DNA from: Eledone cirrhosa
Lineage: Eukaryota
NCBI GenBank assembly: GCA_964016885.1
Contig: OZ024753.1
Location: forward strand, 15,376,001-15,440,000
Direction of reading: 5' to 3'
DNA: 64,000 nucleotides
How positions within the stretch are numbered: position 1 is the first letter of the stretch; every line of letters starts with the position of its first letter. The notes beneath the pieces are model-generated. The model did not search any database, was not told the origin of the DNA, and saw only the letters and a program-made list of their open reading frames with translations. Below, piece by piece: positions 1 to 13,151 of this stretch. A program made the translations under genes and the position numbers.

Positions 1-1052
1 GTTAATTCTGTATTTGAGGAGATATTATTGTTAATTTGATGTACTGGTGGTATACTTATGGTTTTCTTACATTTATATGCATTATATGCACTTATATTTT
101 GTTTTATGTTATTTGTTGTAGAGTATGAGAATTTAACTGTAGACCTATTTAAGATTTGATGGTATTTGTGGTTTGGCGGGAAGTTTTTCTCAAGGATATA
201 AAAAAATTTTTTAGCAATATTATCCTTAACTTGTAAATTAAAAGGAGCATTATACCAAGTAACTCGTCTATTACGGTTTCTATGTTGTTTATTATTTTTA
301 TTATTTTTATATGTTGTATCATGATTTTTACTAGGAGGATTAATGTTAATGATCTCACCACAACTATTTTTAGTTATATTTGTAGATTTAGGTGTTTTAT
401 CTTTTTTATTAGGAGTTTTATTATTAATATTTATTATAGTTGTATGATGAGTAGTTTTTTGAGGGTTACTATACTTTATATTAGAGGATTTAGTATTTTG
501 GGGTATATTGTGGGTGGCATTTAGGTGTGTACTTTTCATTTGGTGTTTGTTGGTAATATTATGCTGTATGTTTTCAGTATTTTTAGTAGAAGGTATATAC
601 TCTAATCTATTTTTGTGGCCACTTCTATCTAGAGCTTCATTATAAAAGGTCGCATTTTTATCAAATACATCTTGGTTAGAAGAAAGGTTAGAAATTCTAA
701 GTGATATATTATATGCAAGGTTTTTAAGGATAGATTTAGGGTGATTAGATTGTGAGTGTATGTAATGTAAGTTTTGGTTAGGTTTATGGTAAGGTTGGTA
801 TATACCCGTAGCTAAATCTAAAGTTATATCTAGGAAATTTACTACTTTACTTGTTTTTTCAAAAGTAATATTAAGATTATAATAGTCTTTAAGGAAAGTT
901 CTAATATGCTTTTTGTTTTTTTCGATTTCTGAAAGGCTAAGGTTGTTAGAAAGAAGAAGACAGTCATCACGATATAAACCACCTTTGAGGTGGGGAAAAG
1001 AGGCATTTATGTTGAAAAGGAGAAAGAGGCCCACAAGATCAGTAATTTGGGT
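1..1052 (-). pseudogene. Penelope-like retroelement, 5'-truncated RT C-terminal half plus RT/GIY-YIG linker (frameshifted, runs off the window start)
   Basis: Manual minus-strand translation gives TDLVGLFLL...GGLYRDDCLLL (YRDD at 963-974), then NITFEKTSKVVNFLDITLDLATGIYQPYHKPNQNLHYIHSQSNHPKSILKNL...YNEALDRSG, then RNRRVTWYNAPFNLQVKDNIAKKF...FPPNHKYHQILNRSTVKFSYS. These are typical PLE motifs. The 5' break abuts (TA)n. Confidence 0.9.
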
Positions 1053-1057
1053 TTTTT

Positions 1058-1107
1058 ATATATATATTTGGGTTTTTTATATATATATATATATATATAT
1101 GAGTCTA

Positions 1108-1172
<65 letters not shown>

Positions 1173-1514
1173 GTATGTGTATGTATGTGTGTGTGTATGT
1201 ATATATATGCGTGTGTATATGTGTGTGTATATATATATATCTCTATTAATGCGTGTGTGTATGTATATACATATGCGTTTTTTTATTATTATTTTCATTT
1301 GTATGTCTGGGTTTGGTGAGGTGGTATTGTTTTTTATGTGTATACACATATATGGAAGCGTATGTATTTATTTATATGAGTATAAGTAGGTACATATGTA
1401 TGTATGATTATATATCTAATTCTATGTATGAAGGTACATCTATATATATATATATATATATGTGTATGCGTGTGTATGTAAGTTGTGTGTGTATGTATCT
1501 TTATGTCTATGTGA

Positions 1515-1568
<54 letters not shown>

Positions 1569-1657
1569 CGATGTGCGTATATGTATGTACATGTATATAC
1601 TTGTATGTGTGTATGTATGTGTATGTATATTTAGATGTATGGGTATGTATGTGTATG

Positions 1658-1718
<61 letters not shown>

Positions 1719-1960
1719 ATGTATATATATATGGATATATATCTTTATTATCTATCTTTTATATATATGTGTATGTGTGTATGTGTTGCGCGTGTGTGTG
1801 TGTGTATATATATCTTTTTATATGTGTATGTGTATGTTCGTGTAAATGTATGTGTGTGTATGACTGTATAGGTATGTGTGTATGTATGTATGCGTAAATA
1901 TCTCTATGTGCGCGTACATGTATGTATGTGTATGTATATCTGTATGTGTATGTACATTAT
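1058..1960. repeat. Compound (TA)n/(TG)n/(TATG)n microsatellite
   Basis: Direct reading; source of the YI/CV-rich pseudo-ORFs. Confidence 0.95.
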
Positions 1961-2540
1961 ATTATATTTATTATATTTTATTGTTTTTATTTTTTTATTT
2001 TTCTTAATTTATAGATACATTTATATTAGGCAGTCTGGTCTGACAATCTAATACTGACCCCTTCCCCCCCCTCCCACCTAATTTCTGTATCTTGATCTTG
2101 AAATGTGTGTACCAGTGTTTTATGTGAGTGACTTAATTTCTATTTGCTTATGATTTTATATCCACATATATAAATGTGAGTGGGGGAGTGTGTGTGTTTG
2201 TATGTTCGTGGTTGTGTGTATATTTATGCATATACGCGCATGTATGTGTGATTATACTGATATGTGTGAGTATGAAAAAAATATATTTATATGCTTGACT
2301 CCATAAGTATCATTGCGCATCTTATCAGCGCATTAAGCTTACACAGATATTAACCTTGAAATTTAGTGTTTGCATCCATCTTTTTAGTATGCACATACAA
2401 ATTATACACACATTATTGTAAAATATGTGTAAGGTTTTTACATGTATATACACACACCAAACTGCTTTTAACCCTTTTGTGTTTTCATTGGTCAATTTTG
2501 AACTGATATTTTGAATTGTTGTTATTATCAATAAATATAC

Positions 2541-2695
2541 TTCATTATTTCTGAAGACGGCGTATATATGAGTTAGGTATGTATATTTAATCTTGATAAT
2601 TTGTATAATTTTGTATAATTTTGTACATAGATCTGTTAAATATGCATACCAATTATAACACATATATACCCTAGAAACGATCGTTAAATAGTGAA
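2541..2695 (+). ncRNA. Type I hammerhead ribozyme with a very long stem II
   Basis: TTCATTATTT-CTGAAGA-[~115-nt hairpin: GTATATATG/CATATATAC, GGTATGTATATTTAA/TTAAATATGCATACC]-GAAA-CGATCG-TT-AAATAGTGAA. 10-bp stem I and a palindromic stem III. Confidence 0.8.
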
Positions 2696-2767
2696 CTTTT
2701 TTTGTTTAATATAAGGAATTGTTTGTTCATTATTTGTTTAATATTTTATATATATATATATATATAC

Positions 2768-3046
2768 ACAACATTCTAACAAAGCTTCCAACCGACATGG
2801 TCGCATTCTTTAAGGGTATGTCAATATTTGTTTATAAAACTGATCTATATTATATTTTATCTGATGAAAGCGCACCATAATTTGCTTTGGTGTCCTTGAA
2901 ATATGTATAATGAAATAAATATGGTTTTATAAATACAGTTTCCATTTGTTAATATATTGTATTTTTACTCTAATAATTTGTTGAGTGCTTTATATCAGTT
3001 ATAAAAATATTTGCTTGTTGTATCCCAACAAATTAAATATAACTTC

Positions 3047-3049
<3 letters not shown>
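2768..3049 (+). mobile_element. HHR module family A (HHR 2854-2916), PLE-derived non-coding end in (TA)n
   Basis: ATTTTAT-CTGATGA-stem II (GCACCA/TGGTGT)-GAAA-TATGTA-TA-ATGAAAT. Homologues near 25000(-), 34220-34470(+), 36975-37610 and 60301-60593. Confidence 0.75.
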
Positions 3050-3113
<64 letters not shown>

Positions 3114-3244
3114 ATATATGCATGTCTGTACGTATGGGGTAGGTGTGTTTAGCTATGTAAGTTGTATTCAGTGTCCGAAGATAGATACATTGGTAGGTAG
3201 TTGCACTAGATAGCTGTCGTTTTTCGTAATCATCATACTATGTG

Positions 3245-3400
3245 AGAAGTATGGCCTCGTGGTTGGGGTGTTGGACGTTCGATTATACTGCCATGTGTTC
3301 CTAAATCCGGAGGTGTGTTGTGTTATTAAGCAAAACATCTGTTCACGTTGCTCCAGTTCACTTAGCTGAAAATGAGTACCAACAATAAGTGGGTCTTAAT
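3245..3400 (+). mobile_element. tRNA-derived SINE family 2 (degenerate)
   Basis: A-box-like start and ...AGCAAAACATCTGTTCACGTTGCTCCAGTTCACTTAGCTG, similar to the copy at 25293. Confidence 0.6.
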
Positions 3401-3706
3401 CCAACGAAGGACTGGCTTCGATTAAACTCAGATAACCAGCGGCCATAGGACTTCTTTGCATCGAGAATCTCAACCAAAATATTCCGTTTTCCTTCTATAT
3501 TCTTACAAATGGACTAACACGTAATTTCTCTTCGTTCGTCCTTTCCTGATTGATTGTACATCTTCAGTTGCTAATATTGACTGATCAGCTTTCAGTAGAG
3601 AAACAACGCAATATCCGATGTCTCGGAACTGAGATATAAAAGTGGTCAGTCATAAGATCTGAAGCTTTAATGTCTTCAATAACAACAAAAACAACAACGA
3701 TAATAA

Positions 3707-4218
3707 TAAGTGTTTCTACTTTGTGCACAAGGTCAGCAATTACCGCAGTGCATTACTGGTACTTTATTTTATCGACCCTGTAGGGATGGAAAGCAAAGTT
3801 AGCCTCGGCTTTTCATCCTTACGGGGTCGATAATAATAATAAGTGTTTCTGATTTAGGCAAAAGGCCAGTTATATGGGGGAAGGGAATGTCGATTAAATT
3901 GACTCCAGTACATTACTGGTGCTTTATTCTATCAACCAGCGTAAGGATGAAAGGCAAAGTTAACCTGGGCAGGATTTGAAATCAGGACGTAAAGGGATGT
4001 AACTCTATGCCACGAAACATTTGGTCCGACGCTCTACCGATTCTGCCAATCCACCCTTAAATAATAGTTTCAGATTTAGGCACAAGGCCAGCAATGTGAG
4101 GGGAGGGGAAATCCATTACATCGACCCCAGTTCGTGACTGGTACATTATTTTATCAACCTCGCAAAGGTATCCTCGGCCTGGGATTTGAACTGAGACGGT
4201 AAAGGGCCGTAACTCTAT
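3707..4218 (-). mobile_element. Cluster of 3 tRNA-derived SINE family 1 copies (Meta-domain-like)
   Basis: Reverse complement of the consensus TGGCAGTATCGG (A box)...GAGTTCAAATCCC (B box)...GCCTTTCATCCTTACGGGGTCGATAAAATAAAGTACCAG. Confidence 0.85.
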
Positions 4219-4269
4219 GATGTTTATATGTACTGATGAAAATCAAACAATCAGCAGAAATAACCCCCC

Positions 4270-6085
4270 CCCCCACACACACACACACACGCACATATAT
4301 ATATACAGTCACAAACACAACCATATATATATGTATGTGTGTGTATATGTATGCATGCTTGTAAGTGTGCGTGTGTGCGAGTATGAGTATGTGCGTAGGT
4401 ATGTGTGTGTGTGTGTGTGTGTGTGTGTACGTGTGTGGGAGTATGCGTGTATGTGTACTTGTTTGCGAGTGTGTGCGTACGTATGTGCGAGTGAGTATGA
4501 CTGTGTGTGTACTTGTGTACGAGTATGAGTGTATGTGCATGTACTTGTGTGCAAGTGTGTGCGTGTACTTGTTTGCGAGTGTTGTTGAAAGAAAATTACT
4601 TAACGTCGTCGGGTACACACATACACATACAGAACACATACACATACATAGAAACACAGACACATACACATACATACCAACACAGACACGTACACACACA
4701 GACACATACACATACATACAAACACAGACACGTACACACACAGACACATACACATATATACAAACACAGACACGTACACACAGACACATACTCACACATA
4801 CAAACACAGACACGTACACACAAACACATACACACACATACAAACACAGACACGTACACACAAACACATATACACACATACAAACACAGACACGTACACA
4901 CAAACACATACACACACATACAAACACAGACACGTACAGACACATACACACACAGACACGTACAGACACATACACACACATACAAACACAGACACGTACA
5001 GACACATACACATACATACAAACACAGACACGTACAGACACATACACATACATACAAATACAGACACGTACATATACACAGACACATACACACACATACA
5101 AACACAGACACGTACACACAGACACATACACACACATACAAACACAGAGACGTTCACACAGACACATACACACACATACAAACACAGACACGTACACACA
5201 GACACATACACACACATACAAACACAGACACGTACAGACACATACATACAAACACAGACACGTACACACACAGACACAGACACGTACACACAGACACATA
5301 CAAACACAGACACGTACAGACACATACACACACATACAAACACAGACACGTACAGACATATACACATACATACAAACACAGACACATACATGTACACACA
5401 TACAAACACGTACACACATACACACACATACAAACACAGACACGTACACACAAACACATACACACACATACAAACACAGACACGTAGACACAGACACATA
5501 CACACAAACACAGACACGTACAGACACATACACACACATACACACACAGACACATCCACACAGACACATACAAACACAGACACGTACAGACAGATACGCA
5601 TACATACAAATACAGACACGTCCATACACATACACACACATACAAACACAGACACGTACACACAGACACATACACACACATACAAACACAGACACGTACA
5701 GACACATACACATACATACAAACACAGACACGTACAGACACATACACACACATACACACACATACACACACAGACACATACACATACATACAAATACATA
5801 CAAACACAGACACATACGCATACATACAAATACAGACACGTACATACATATACACACACATACAAACACAGACACGTACACACACATACAAACACAGACA
5901 CGTACACACAAACACATACTCACACATACAAACACAGACACGTACAGACACATACACATATATACAAATACAGACACATACAAACAGACACGTACACAAA
6001 GACACATACAAACACACAGACACATACATACAAACACACAGACACATACACATACATACAAACACACAGACACATACACATACAT
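4270..6085. repeat. (TG)n tract followed by a ~40-bp CA-rich minisatellite (CACAGACACGTACACACAGACACATACACACACATACAAA)n
   Basis: Direct reading; explains the 300-640 aa low-complexity ORFs. Confidence 0.95.
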
Positions 6086-6445
6086 AATTTACAAAAAAAT
6101 AGAGATAAATTTCCTTGCCAAAGATAATTTTGCGCTCATTTCTGGTCGATTGCTAATTACGTAACAAGAAGCAGATATACTAGCACAGTTGGACAGTGGG
6201 GAGGTGTTTACTCGGATTTTAGAAAATATATAAATGGATAAAATAAATTAATGGAACTGTGTACACACTAATGTGTTGGTAGGAGTCTTATAACACTTCT
6301 CTCGCAGGCTAGGATGAAAACTATGTATACATGATAGTAATCCCGCCAAGGTTAACTTTACCTTTCATCCTCCTTACGGGGTAGATAAAATAAAGTATCA
6401 GTAATATACTGAAATAATTGCTGGCCTTGTGCCAATAGTAGAAAC

Positions 6446-6497
<52 letters not shown>

Positions 6498-6641
6498 AGG
6501 AGGTGAGTTTTATTGTAGTACAATAAAGCAATGCAGATATCGGATAAGTAACACTCTCCGGTTTGTAGGACTGGAGTATAAATAATATAGAAGATCAAAA
6601 GATCGTTAAAAGGAATGGAACTCTTTTAACCATCTTTTGAT

Positions 6642-6678
<37 letters not shown>

Positions 6679-7105
6679 ATATGGGGAGAAGAATACTGCA
6701 TGGTTGCACATGGATAACATGTTATAAAATGAGTCCCTCATCAGTGATTTGCCAACGATCATTGGTATTTCATTGCATTAAAAATCATATACCTCACGTT
6801 GGTGCAATAATAACTAAAATAAGTTATTAGGACAATTGAAACGCGTAAAGCGAGTGAGACAAGTAAACAACACAGTGGAAAGCTAACCGAAGATAGGAAG
6901 AAACACAAGCTACATGGTTATTCTATCAGTATAAGCTGGGTGAATATATGAGCGAGTAAGAAATAGACCTTACGCTAGTGAATCCGATGTAAGAAAGAAG
7001 GAAAATCGTTTTCGTAGCGAACGGGGGGAAGTGAGAAGGGGAGAAACAGTGAGTGAGAGAGTGGAAGTGCGAGGAAGAGGTCAGTAGAGAGAAAGTGTTA
7101 ACTGA

Positions 7106-7701
7106 TATATATATACATATATAAACTGAGGATGTCTGTCTGTGTGTGTGTGAGTTTGAATCCCTAAAACTAGAGAAGCACCCAACCGCCAGTTTTCAAA
7201 CTTTACACATGTAATACTTATGTTTCAAGGAGTGTTCTGAACAAAAACAGTTTCAAATTTGCAATGCCCTAGGGACCGCATTAGGTGATTTAGCGGTCTC
7301 TCTCTATAATTCTTAGTCTTTCTCTTTTTAGATAGATACATACATATAACGTCGCGCCCTTATAATATCTGTCTGTATGTCTGGCTGTCTGCATTACGTC
7401 ACTTCCTACAATTCTCTCTGCGTGCAGAACGCGCCCTTATAATATCTGTCTGTATGTCTAGCTGTCTGTTGCCTCCGGTTATTTTGCCACCCTTGCTCAA
7501 GACAAATCTCACACTCATTCCCCAAACAGTTGGTAAGTGCACACAACTTCTTCCTCACGTTTTAAGCCACAGTGCTGCTTACTTACGTAACACCGACCCT
7601 TACTTCTTTGCCAGCCGTGGTTGTGGCAATACTAAACTTAGCTAAGGCGGTTATATATTTCACAATACCTTATCCCGTGCAACGCCGGGTACCACTGCTA
7701 G
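7106..7701 (+). mobile_element. Non-autonomous Helitron
   Basis: 3' hairpin CCCGTGCAACGCCGGG followed by terminal CTAG (7698-7701). The 5' part TATATAAACTGAGGATGTCTGTC matches the copy at 62728-63664. Confidence 0.85.
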
Positions 7702-7915
7702 CATATATATATATAAACTTCTATTGTTTACCTAATTCCGTGTCATATAGCTGTACATCGCGGAAAATAATCTGTATCAGTTGTCTATTATTTCTTCATA
7801 AGTACATTTTAAACTTATAGCCTCGTTTAAATGATTTTTTATGTGGTTGATTTATTTATACTGATTAGGAGAAGAAATACTGTATATACTTTATCTAATG
7901 ATTCTTTGGACTTAC

Positions 7916-7961
<46 letters not shown>

Positions 7962-8056
7962 GTAAGTCCAAAGAACCATTAGATAAAGTATATATATATA
8001 AATCAGGAAAGAAGAGTGATACGGTTTGCTATACAAAAAAGGTTTTTAATATCATT

Positions 8057-8162
8057 GCTGACAATTGTTTCTCTGAACTGGTAGGTCTAGAGATCGCTAC
8101 CCGCTTGTTTTCACGTCATTCGATCACCAATACATAGTTGTAACCAGTCAATTCATCAGAGC
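8057..8162 (-). ncRNA. Type I hammerhead with an extended stem/loop II
   Basis: Minus strand: GCT-CTGATGA-ATTGACTGGT...ACCAGTTCAGA-GAAA-CAATTG-TC-AGC. Confidence 0.65.
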
Positions 8163-8691
8163 TTGTGAGAATGAAAGGAATATACAGGCATGGCTTCTAT
8201 ATATATAGTAATGGCATTCAATGAGAACAATAACAACAATACTAACAATGCTAGCAATAAATTATTTGAAATAATCACAACATCAATCTAGGTAAGAAAT
8301 ATAGTATATCTACGACTTTAGCAGCGTGTAAAACTAGCTGATATGAGGGAGATGTATGAAATTGACATGTAAAAGCTGTCATGGGGTGTATTATATATAG
8401 TGTAGGGATAAGCCAGTGGTTTTAAACAATGTACCGTTTCCTTTACTGTAGGTCTGGTGACCGTAAGAATTATTTATTATCTGACAGATGAAATATTTAT
8501 CATTGTAGTGAGGATAGTAATATTTGTGGTGTGAGGTGGGTTCAATATTTATGTGGTCTATATTAGATGAATGGATTGTTAGTTCGAATCATGGGGTTGT
8601 TTAGCTTTCACATCATCAATAACATACATGTATAAGATAACATTAGCAGAGTAGCAATATAATAGGTAAGTTAATACAGAGGTTAAGGAGG

Positions 8692-8831
<140 letters not shown>

Positions 8832-8908
8832 AGCAGCAATACTAATACTTATATATATAAATGTAATGAAGATCTAACACCTCGTCCTTATTTCTATTAT
8901 TTTTATTA

Positions 8909-9303
8909 TGTGGATTGGCAGTATCAGTAGAGGGCCGGACACCATGCTTTGCAGCATAGAGTTACGCCCCTTTATGATCTGAGTTCAAATCCCGCAGAGG
9001 TTAACTTTGCCTTTCATCCTTACGGGGTCGATAAAATAAAGTACCAGTCACGCACTGGGGTCGATTTAAGTGACTTTCCCCTCCCCCAAATTAATGGCCT
9101 TCTGCCTATACTAGAAATCATATTGGCAGTATCGGTAGAGGGTCGGACGCCATGCTTTGACGCATGGAGTTACGGCGCTTGCCATTCTGAGTTCAAATCC
9201 CGCCGAGGTTAACTTTGCCTTTCATCCTTACGGGGTCGAAAAAATAAAGTACCAGAAATGTACTGGGATAATTGCTGGTTTTGTGCCAATAGTAGAAGCA
9301 ATT
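8909..9303 (+). mobile_element. Two tandem SINE family 1 copies
   Basis: A and B boxes, central conserved domain, (ATT)n tail. Confidence 0.9.
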
Positions 9304-9432
9304 ATTATTATTATTACTTGGAGACTTCAGAGGGTCGGTAACCAAGAGGATATACACCGACATCATCTTGGAGACACCCATGACCAGCCAAAGGGACGGT
9401 TCGACTGTCCTTTTCCCACACGATAAGGGTAG

Positions 9433-10290
9433 GTGATCTTTTCTCACTTACTCCATTCCTCACCCAACATGGCCTTACTTAGAATAGGCAGTATAAATGT
9501 ACGTGGCCTGGCGTCATCTTGGAAGCAGAGCTACCTGCTTAACGATCTCAGGTCCCTAAACATAGGTGTGGTGACCATCAGCGAGACCAGAATTTCCGAA
9601 GCACGAGACGTCGCACCGATCTTCGGCGGTTACGATGTATACGCATCTCCCAGCCGTCCGGGAGCGGAGGGCGGAGTTGCTGTGCTTTTTGGGAGAGGCT
9701 TGGATCTCGCCATACGGGCCATCTTCCTGGACCCAGAAGGTGAGTCGGTGGTACTGGACGTGACATTCAGCGAAGGCAATGCTTTCAAGCTAGTAGCCGT
9801 CTACGCCCCAACTGGGGCAGGACGGCCAGATTTATTCAGATGTCTAGAAACCTTTCTGTGTTAGTGAGTGACTTGAACGGTATCTTAGATGCATGCTGGA
9901 ATTATGTGGGGCTAGTAAATAAGGGAGGAGGATGTAAAAGCCTCACCCACCTGCTCAGCAGTTTTCAACAGGTATCGACTGGATTATCCGAATGTGCTAA
10001 TGTGGACATCCTCAAACCGCATCGGGTCATCCAGATCGTATCTAGATAGGGTATTGTGTAGGGAAACAGATAAGGCTAGCGTAGGTTGTCCACAATTTCA
10101 AGTAGTCACAAATTTGTGATCTGTGAAGTCGACTTTGATAGACTTCATAGGCAAGGAGCCAGTTAGTGGAAGCTGGACGTGCCTTTCTCCGCGCGCAAAG
10201 CTTACAGAGACCAGATAAGGGCAATTAGAGTAGAATCAATAAGGTTTAGCAAAGGAGTAAAGTAAAGATAGCGGAAAATAGAGTAGAAGG
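9433..10290 (+). pseudogene. Tx1/L1-type non-LTR retrotransposon apurinic endonuclease fragment
   Basis: ORF 9433-9864 has LRIGSINVRGL...VVTISETR...GGVAVLF...LVAVYAP; degenerate DLN and LDR motifs follow after frameshifts. Confidence 0.85.
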
Positions 10291-10425
10291 AATTTTTTTG
10301 ATATTTCTATCTTCTTGTTATAACCTTTTTTACACGGCCAAACCCCACTTTGTATCGTCCTGTACCGTTTTGTGTCGTCTGTAATGTTTTACTTCATATT
10401 GGCCCTTGTGGTCAATAAAGAAACC

Positions 10426-10456
<31 letters not shown>

Positions 10457-10809
10457 AAATTATATATAAAATGTTTATGAAGTGGGGAAATATATTTGAC
10501 ATTCAAACCCTTGAGAGACCAACAAAAGGAAAGCAACATTAAAAATTTGTAGGTGTGGAGATTAAGGAAAGATTTTAAAATGGTCTTAGTAATACTTGCA
10601 AATGAAATCAAATGAAATTTTGATTAAAATATTCAATAGAGTTAGTTGTCCGCATAAAATGATCAATCGTTGAGCGTATATCGATTAGAAACTGTGTGGA
10701 CGAACTTGAGAAAATATTTGCAATTTGGACAGTTTTCAAGTATCGATTTTCAATAACATTGATTGTTGATCAAGTGTTACAATGTTTGTAAGGAAAACCT
10801 TAAGAATCA

Positions 10810-11345
10810 TAATAATAGTGATGGCGATGATGATGATGATGATGTTGGAGGTCGTGTTATTACTTCTTTTGGTGGTGGTCATGGTGGTGGTGGTGTTGGT
10901 GGTGGTGGTGGTAGTGGTGATGGTGGTATTGGTGGTGTTGGTGGTGGTATTGGTGGTGGTGGTATTGGTGGTGGTGGTATTGGTGGTGTTGGTGGTGGTG
11001 GTGGTAGAGCGTGGGTGGTGGGTGGTGATGGTGTAGGTTGTTGTTATGTAGGTAGTGGTAGCGTGTGGGTGGTGGTGGTGATAGTGGTGTAGGTGGTGGT
11101 AGGGTGTGGGTGGTGGTAGAGTGTGGGTGGTGGGTGTTGATGGTGATGGTGTAGGTGATGGTTGTTATGTAGGTGGTGGTAGCGTGTGGGTGGTGGTGGT
11201 GGCGGTGATAGTGGTGTAGGTGGTGTTAGTGGTGCATGTGATGGTGGTGGTGTAGGTGATGGTGGTGGTGTAGGTGAAGGTGGTGGTGTATGTGGTGGTT
11301 GCTGTGGTGGTATAGGTGCTGTGGTGGTGGTGGAGAGAGTGTGGT
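10810..11345. repeat. (GAT)n/(GGT)n trinucleotide tract
   Basis: Direct reading. Confidence 0.95.
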
Positions 11346-11659
11346 GATGGAGATATTAATGGTGTTTATAAACATGCTGAAGACAAAGAAGCAGTGCTGT
11401 TGATAATGTTGATTACGCTCTGTTCGTCATACCAAACAACCACCACTTTTTAAAACTATAAATCTATAAATCACAACAATTTCACGTAGAAGATCTTAAC
11501 AAAGCGATCCAAGATATCTTGCTATTTCTCACAAATGTTCTTCACAATATATTGTAGGCTGAATTGTATTTTCATGGTGAAGCAAGTAGTGTATAATAAA
11601 AAGAATAACATCAACAATTAAATAAAATCATAAACTGTTGTCATATTTACCAAAATGAT

Positions 11660-12077
11660 ACGCGATGGGGCCTGCCCCCCACAGCTACGGCGGACAGAAT
11701 GGAGAAGGCGTTTCCCCGGAGGACGGCAAGGGAGACGCGCTGGAAAAGCCACTCCAACTCGCGGGGCGCACACACCTGCGGCTGGCCAGATCAGCGCCTG
11801 CGGTGGTGAGTAATGAGGTAGCCCTGGAGCCGAGGACACCAGAAGTCTCCACTGCCAAGGGTACGACCGCAAACCTGTCGGAGAGCGACCGGTGTTTGTT
11901 GAAAGGTGTTTGGCCTCCTCAGCCCGACCTGCAGCAGAATCTGGGTCAGTCGCAGACTGCACCAGGTTGAGGCTGCAGAAAGTGTCGGTGCAAGTGGCAT
12001 CCCAGACGAGGGGGTAAAAACAAGTTTTTCCTTGTTGATAGTTAAACGATTAATATGGAAGTGGTTTAGTATGTGTG

Positions 12078-12109
<32 letters not shown>

Positions 12110-12580
12110 ACGTCCTAACTAGTATCTTCCACCTCCAACTTGCTTACCCACCACATCTAGGTCCCTACCGCCAGGATGGAGACCACATTGCCCCGGCGGA
12201 CAGTGAGGGAGACGGTCTGGAACAGCCACGCCACCTCGTGGTCCCGGCCGAAAAGATGGAGAACATACTGCCCCGGAGATCAGCAAGGGAGAGGCGCTGG
12301 AGAGCCACTCTGCTCCGTTCCTGCTGGCGACCCACTCTGCTCCGATAGCACTGAGCAGGAATGAGGTCCGGGGACCAAGATAATATATTATATTATATTA
12401 TGTTGCAATAAGTTCGAAATGATTGTTCATAACATGGAATATTGATTTATAATTCAGGTACAAAGCCGTCACCGATAGCAGTGAGCAGGGATGAGGTCCG
12501 TGTAAAGAACGTCGGAAGTCTCCACCTCAACCAGCTCTACCACAAACCTATCTGAGAACGATGGACAGTTTGCCCTCTCC
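11660..12580 (-). pseudogene. CRE-like non-LTR element 3' ends (restriction-like endonuclease region), several nested pieces
   Basis: Minus strand: PLVWDATCTDTF...AAGRAEEAK...VPLAVETSGVLG...ELEWLFQRVSLAVLRGNAFSILSA. A second end, VAWLFQTVSLTVRRGNVVSILAVG, lies at 12165-12240. Confidence 0.8.
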
Positions 12581-12757
12581 GAACGCATTAGGTTGCCATT
12601 TGTAGGTAAAGGGAAAGTTAGCTAAAATCAACCTCAGTATTTCACTGGTATTTTATCGAGCCCAGAATGAGGAAAGTCAAAAGTGAACTCGGCGTGATTT
12701 GGGCTCAGAATGTAGAGATCCAAACCAAATACCGCAATGGTGTTTTATACGTCACGA

Positions 12758-13151
12758 TACTAAACCTGCCAATCCCCACCCTGATAAAGAAATCGGTTGA
12801 CAAAACTCCAGACCTCTACTAAACCTGCCAATCCCCACCCTGATAAAGGAATCGGTTGACACGTCCCCAGACCTCTACTAAACCTGCCAATCCCCACCCT
12901 GATAAAGGAATCGGTTGACAAGTCCCCAGACCTCTACCAACCCTGCCAATCCCCACCCTGATAAAGGAATCGGTTGACAAGTCTCCAGACCTCTACTAAT
13001 CCCCACCCTGATAAAGGAATCGGTTGACAAGTCCCCAGACCTCTACTAATCCCCACCCTGATAAAGGAATCGGTTGACAAGACTCCAGACCTCTACTAAT
13101 CCTGCCAATCCCCACCCTGATAAAGGAATCGGTTGACAAGTCCCCAGACCT
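12758..13151. repeat. ~59-bp tandem repeat (about 7 units, some 50 bp) seeded at a SINE edge
   Basis: Unit CTACTAAACCTGCCAATCCCCACCCTGATAAAGGAATCGGTTGACAAGTCCCCAGACCT. Confidence 0.9.

Noticed and set aside
1-900. T/G-skewed AT-rich stretch resembling a mitochondrial insertion
   Set aside because: The minus strand translates to Penelope-like RT and linker motifs, not mitochondrial genes.
4154-6164. 300-640 aa ORFs on both strands (also at 913-1897, 46685-47385, 51860-52780, 55932-57074 and 59120-59896)
   Set aside because: Translations of stop-free (TA)n/(CA)n/(TG)n repeats; no protein signal.
6665-6800. Hammerhead at the minus-strand CTGATGA (and CTGACGA at 49579)
   Set aside because: No downstream GAAA with consistent stems; probably a related module end, but the fold is not supported.
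8909-9000. tRNA genes at A/B-box motifs
   Set aside because: These are SINE heads followed by the conserved SINE body; no complete cloverleaf.
10763-11092. Glycine-rich protein ORF
   Set aside because: (GGT)n microsatellite.
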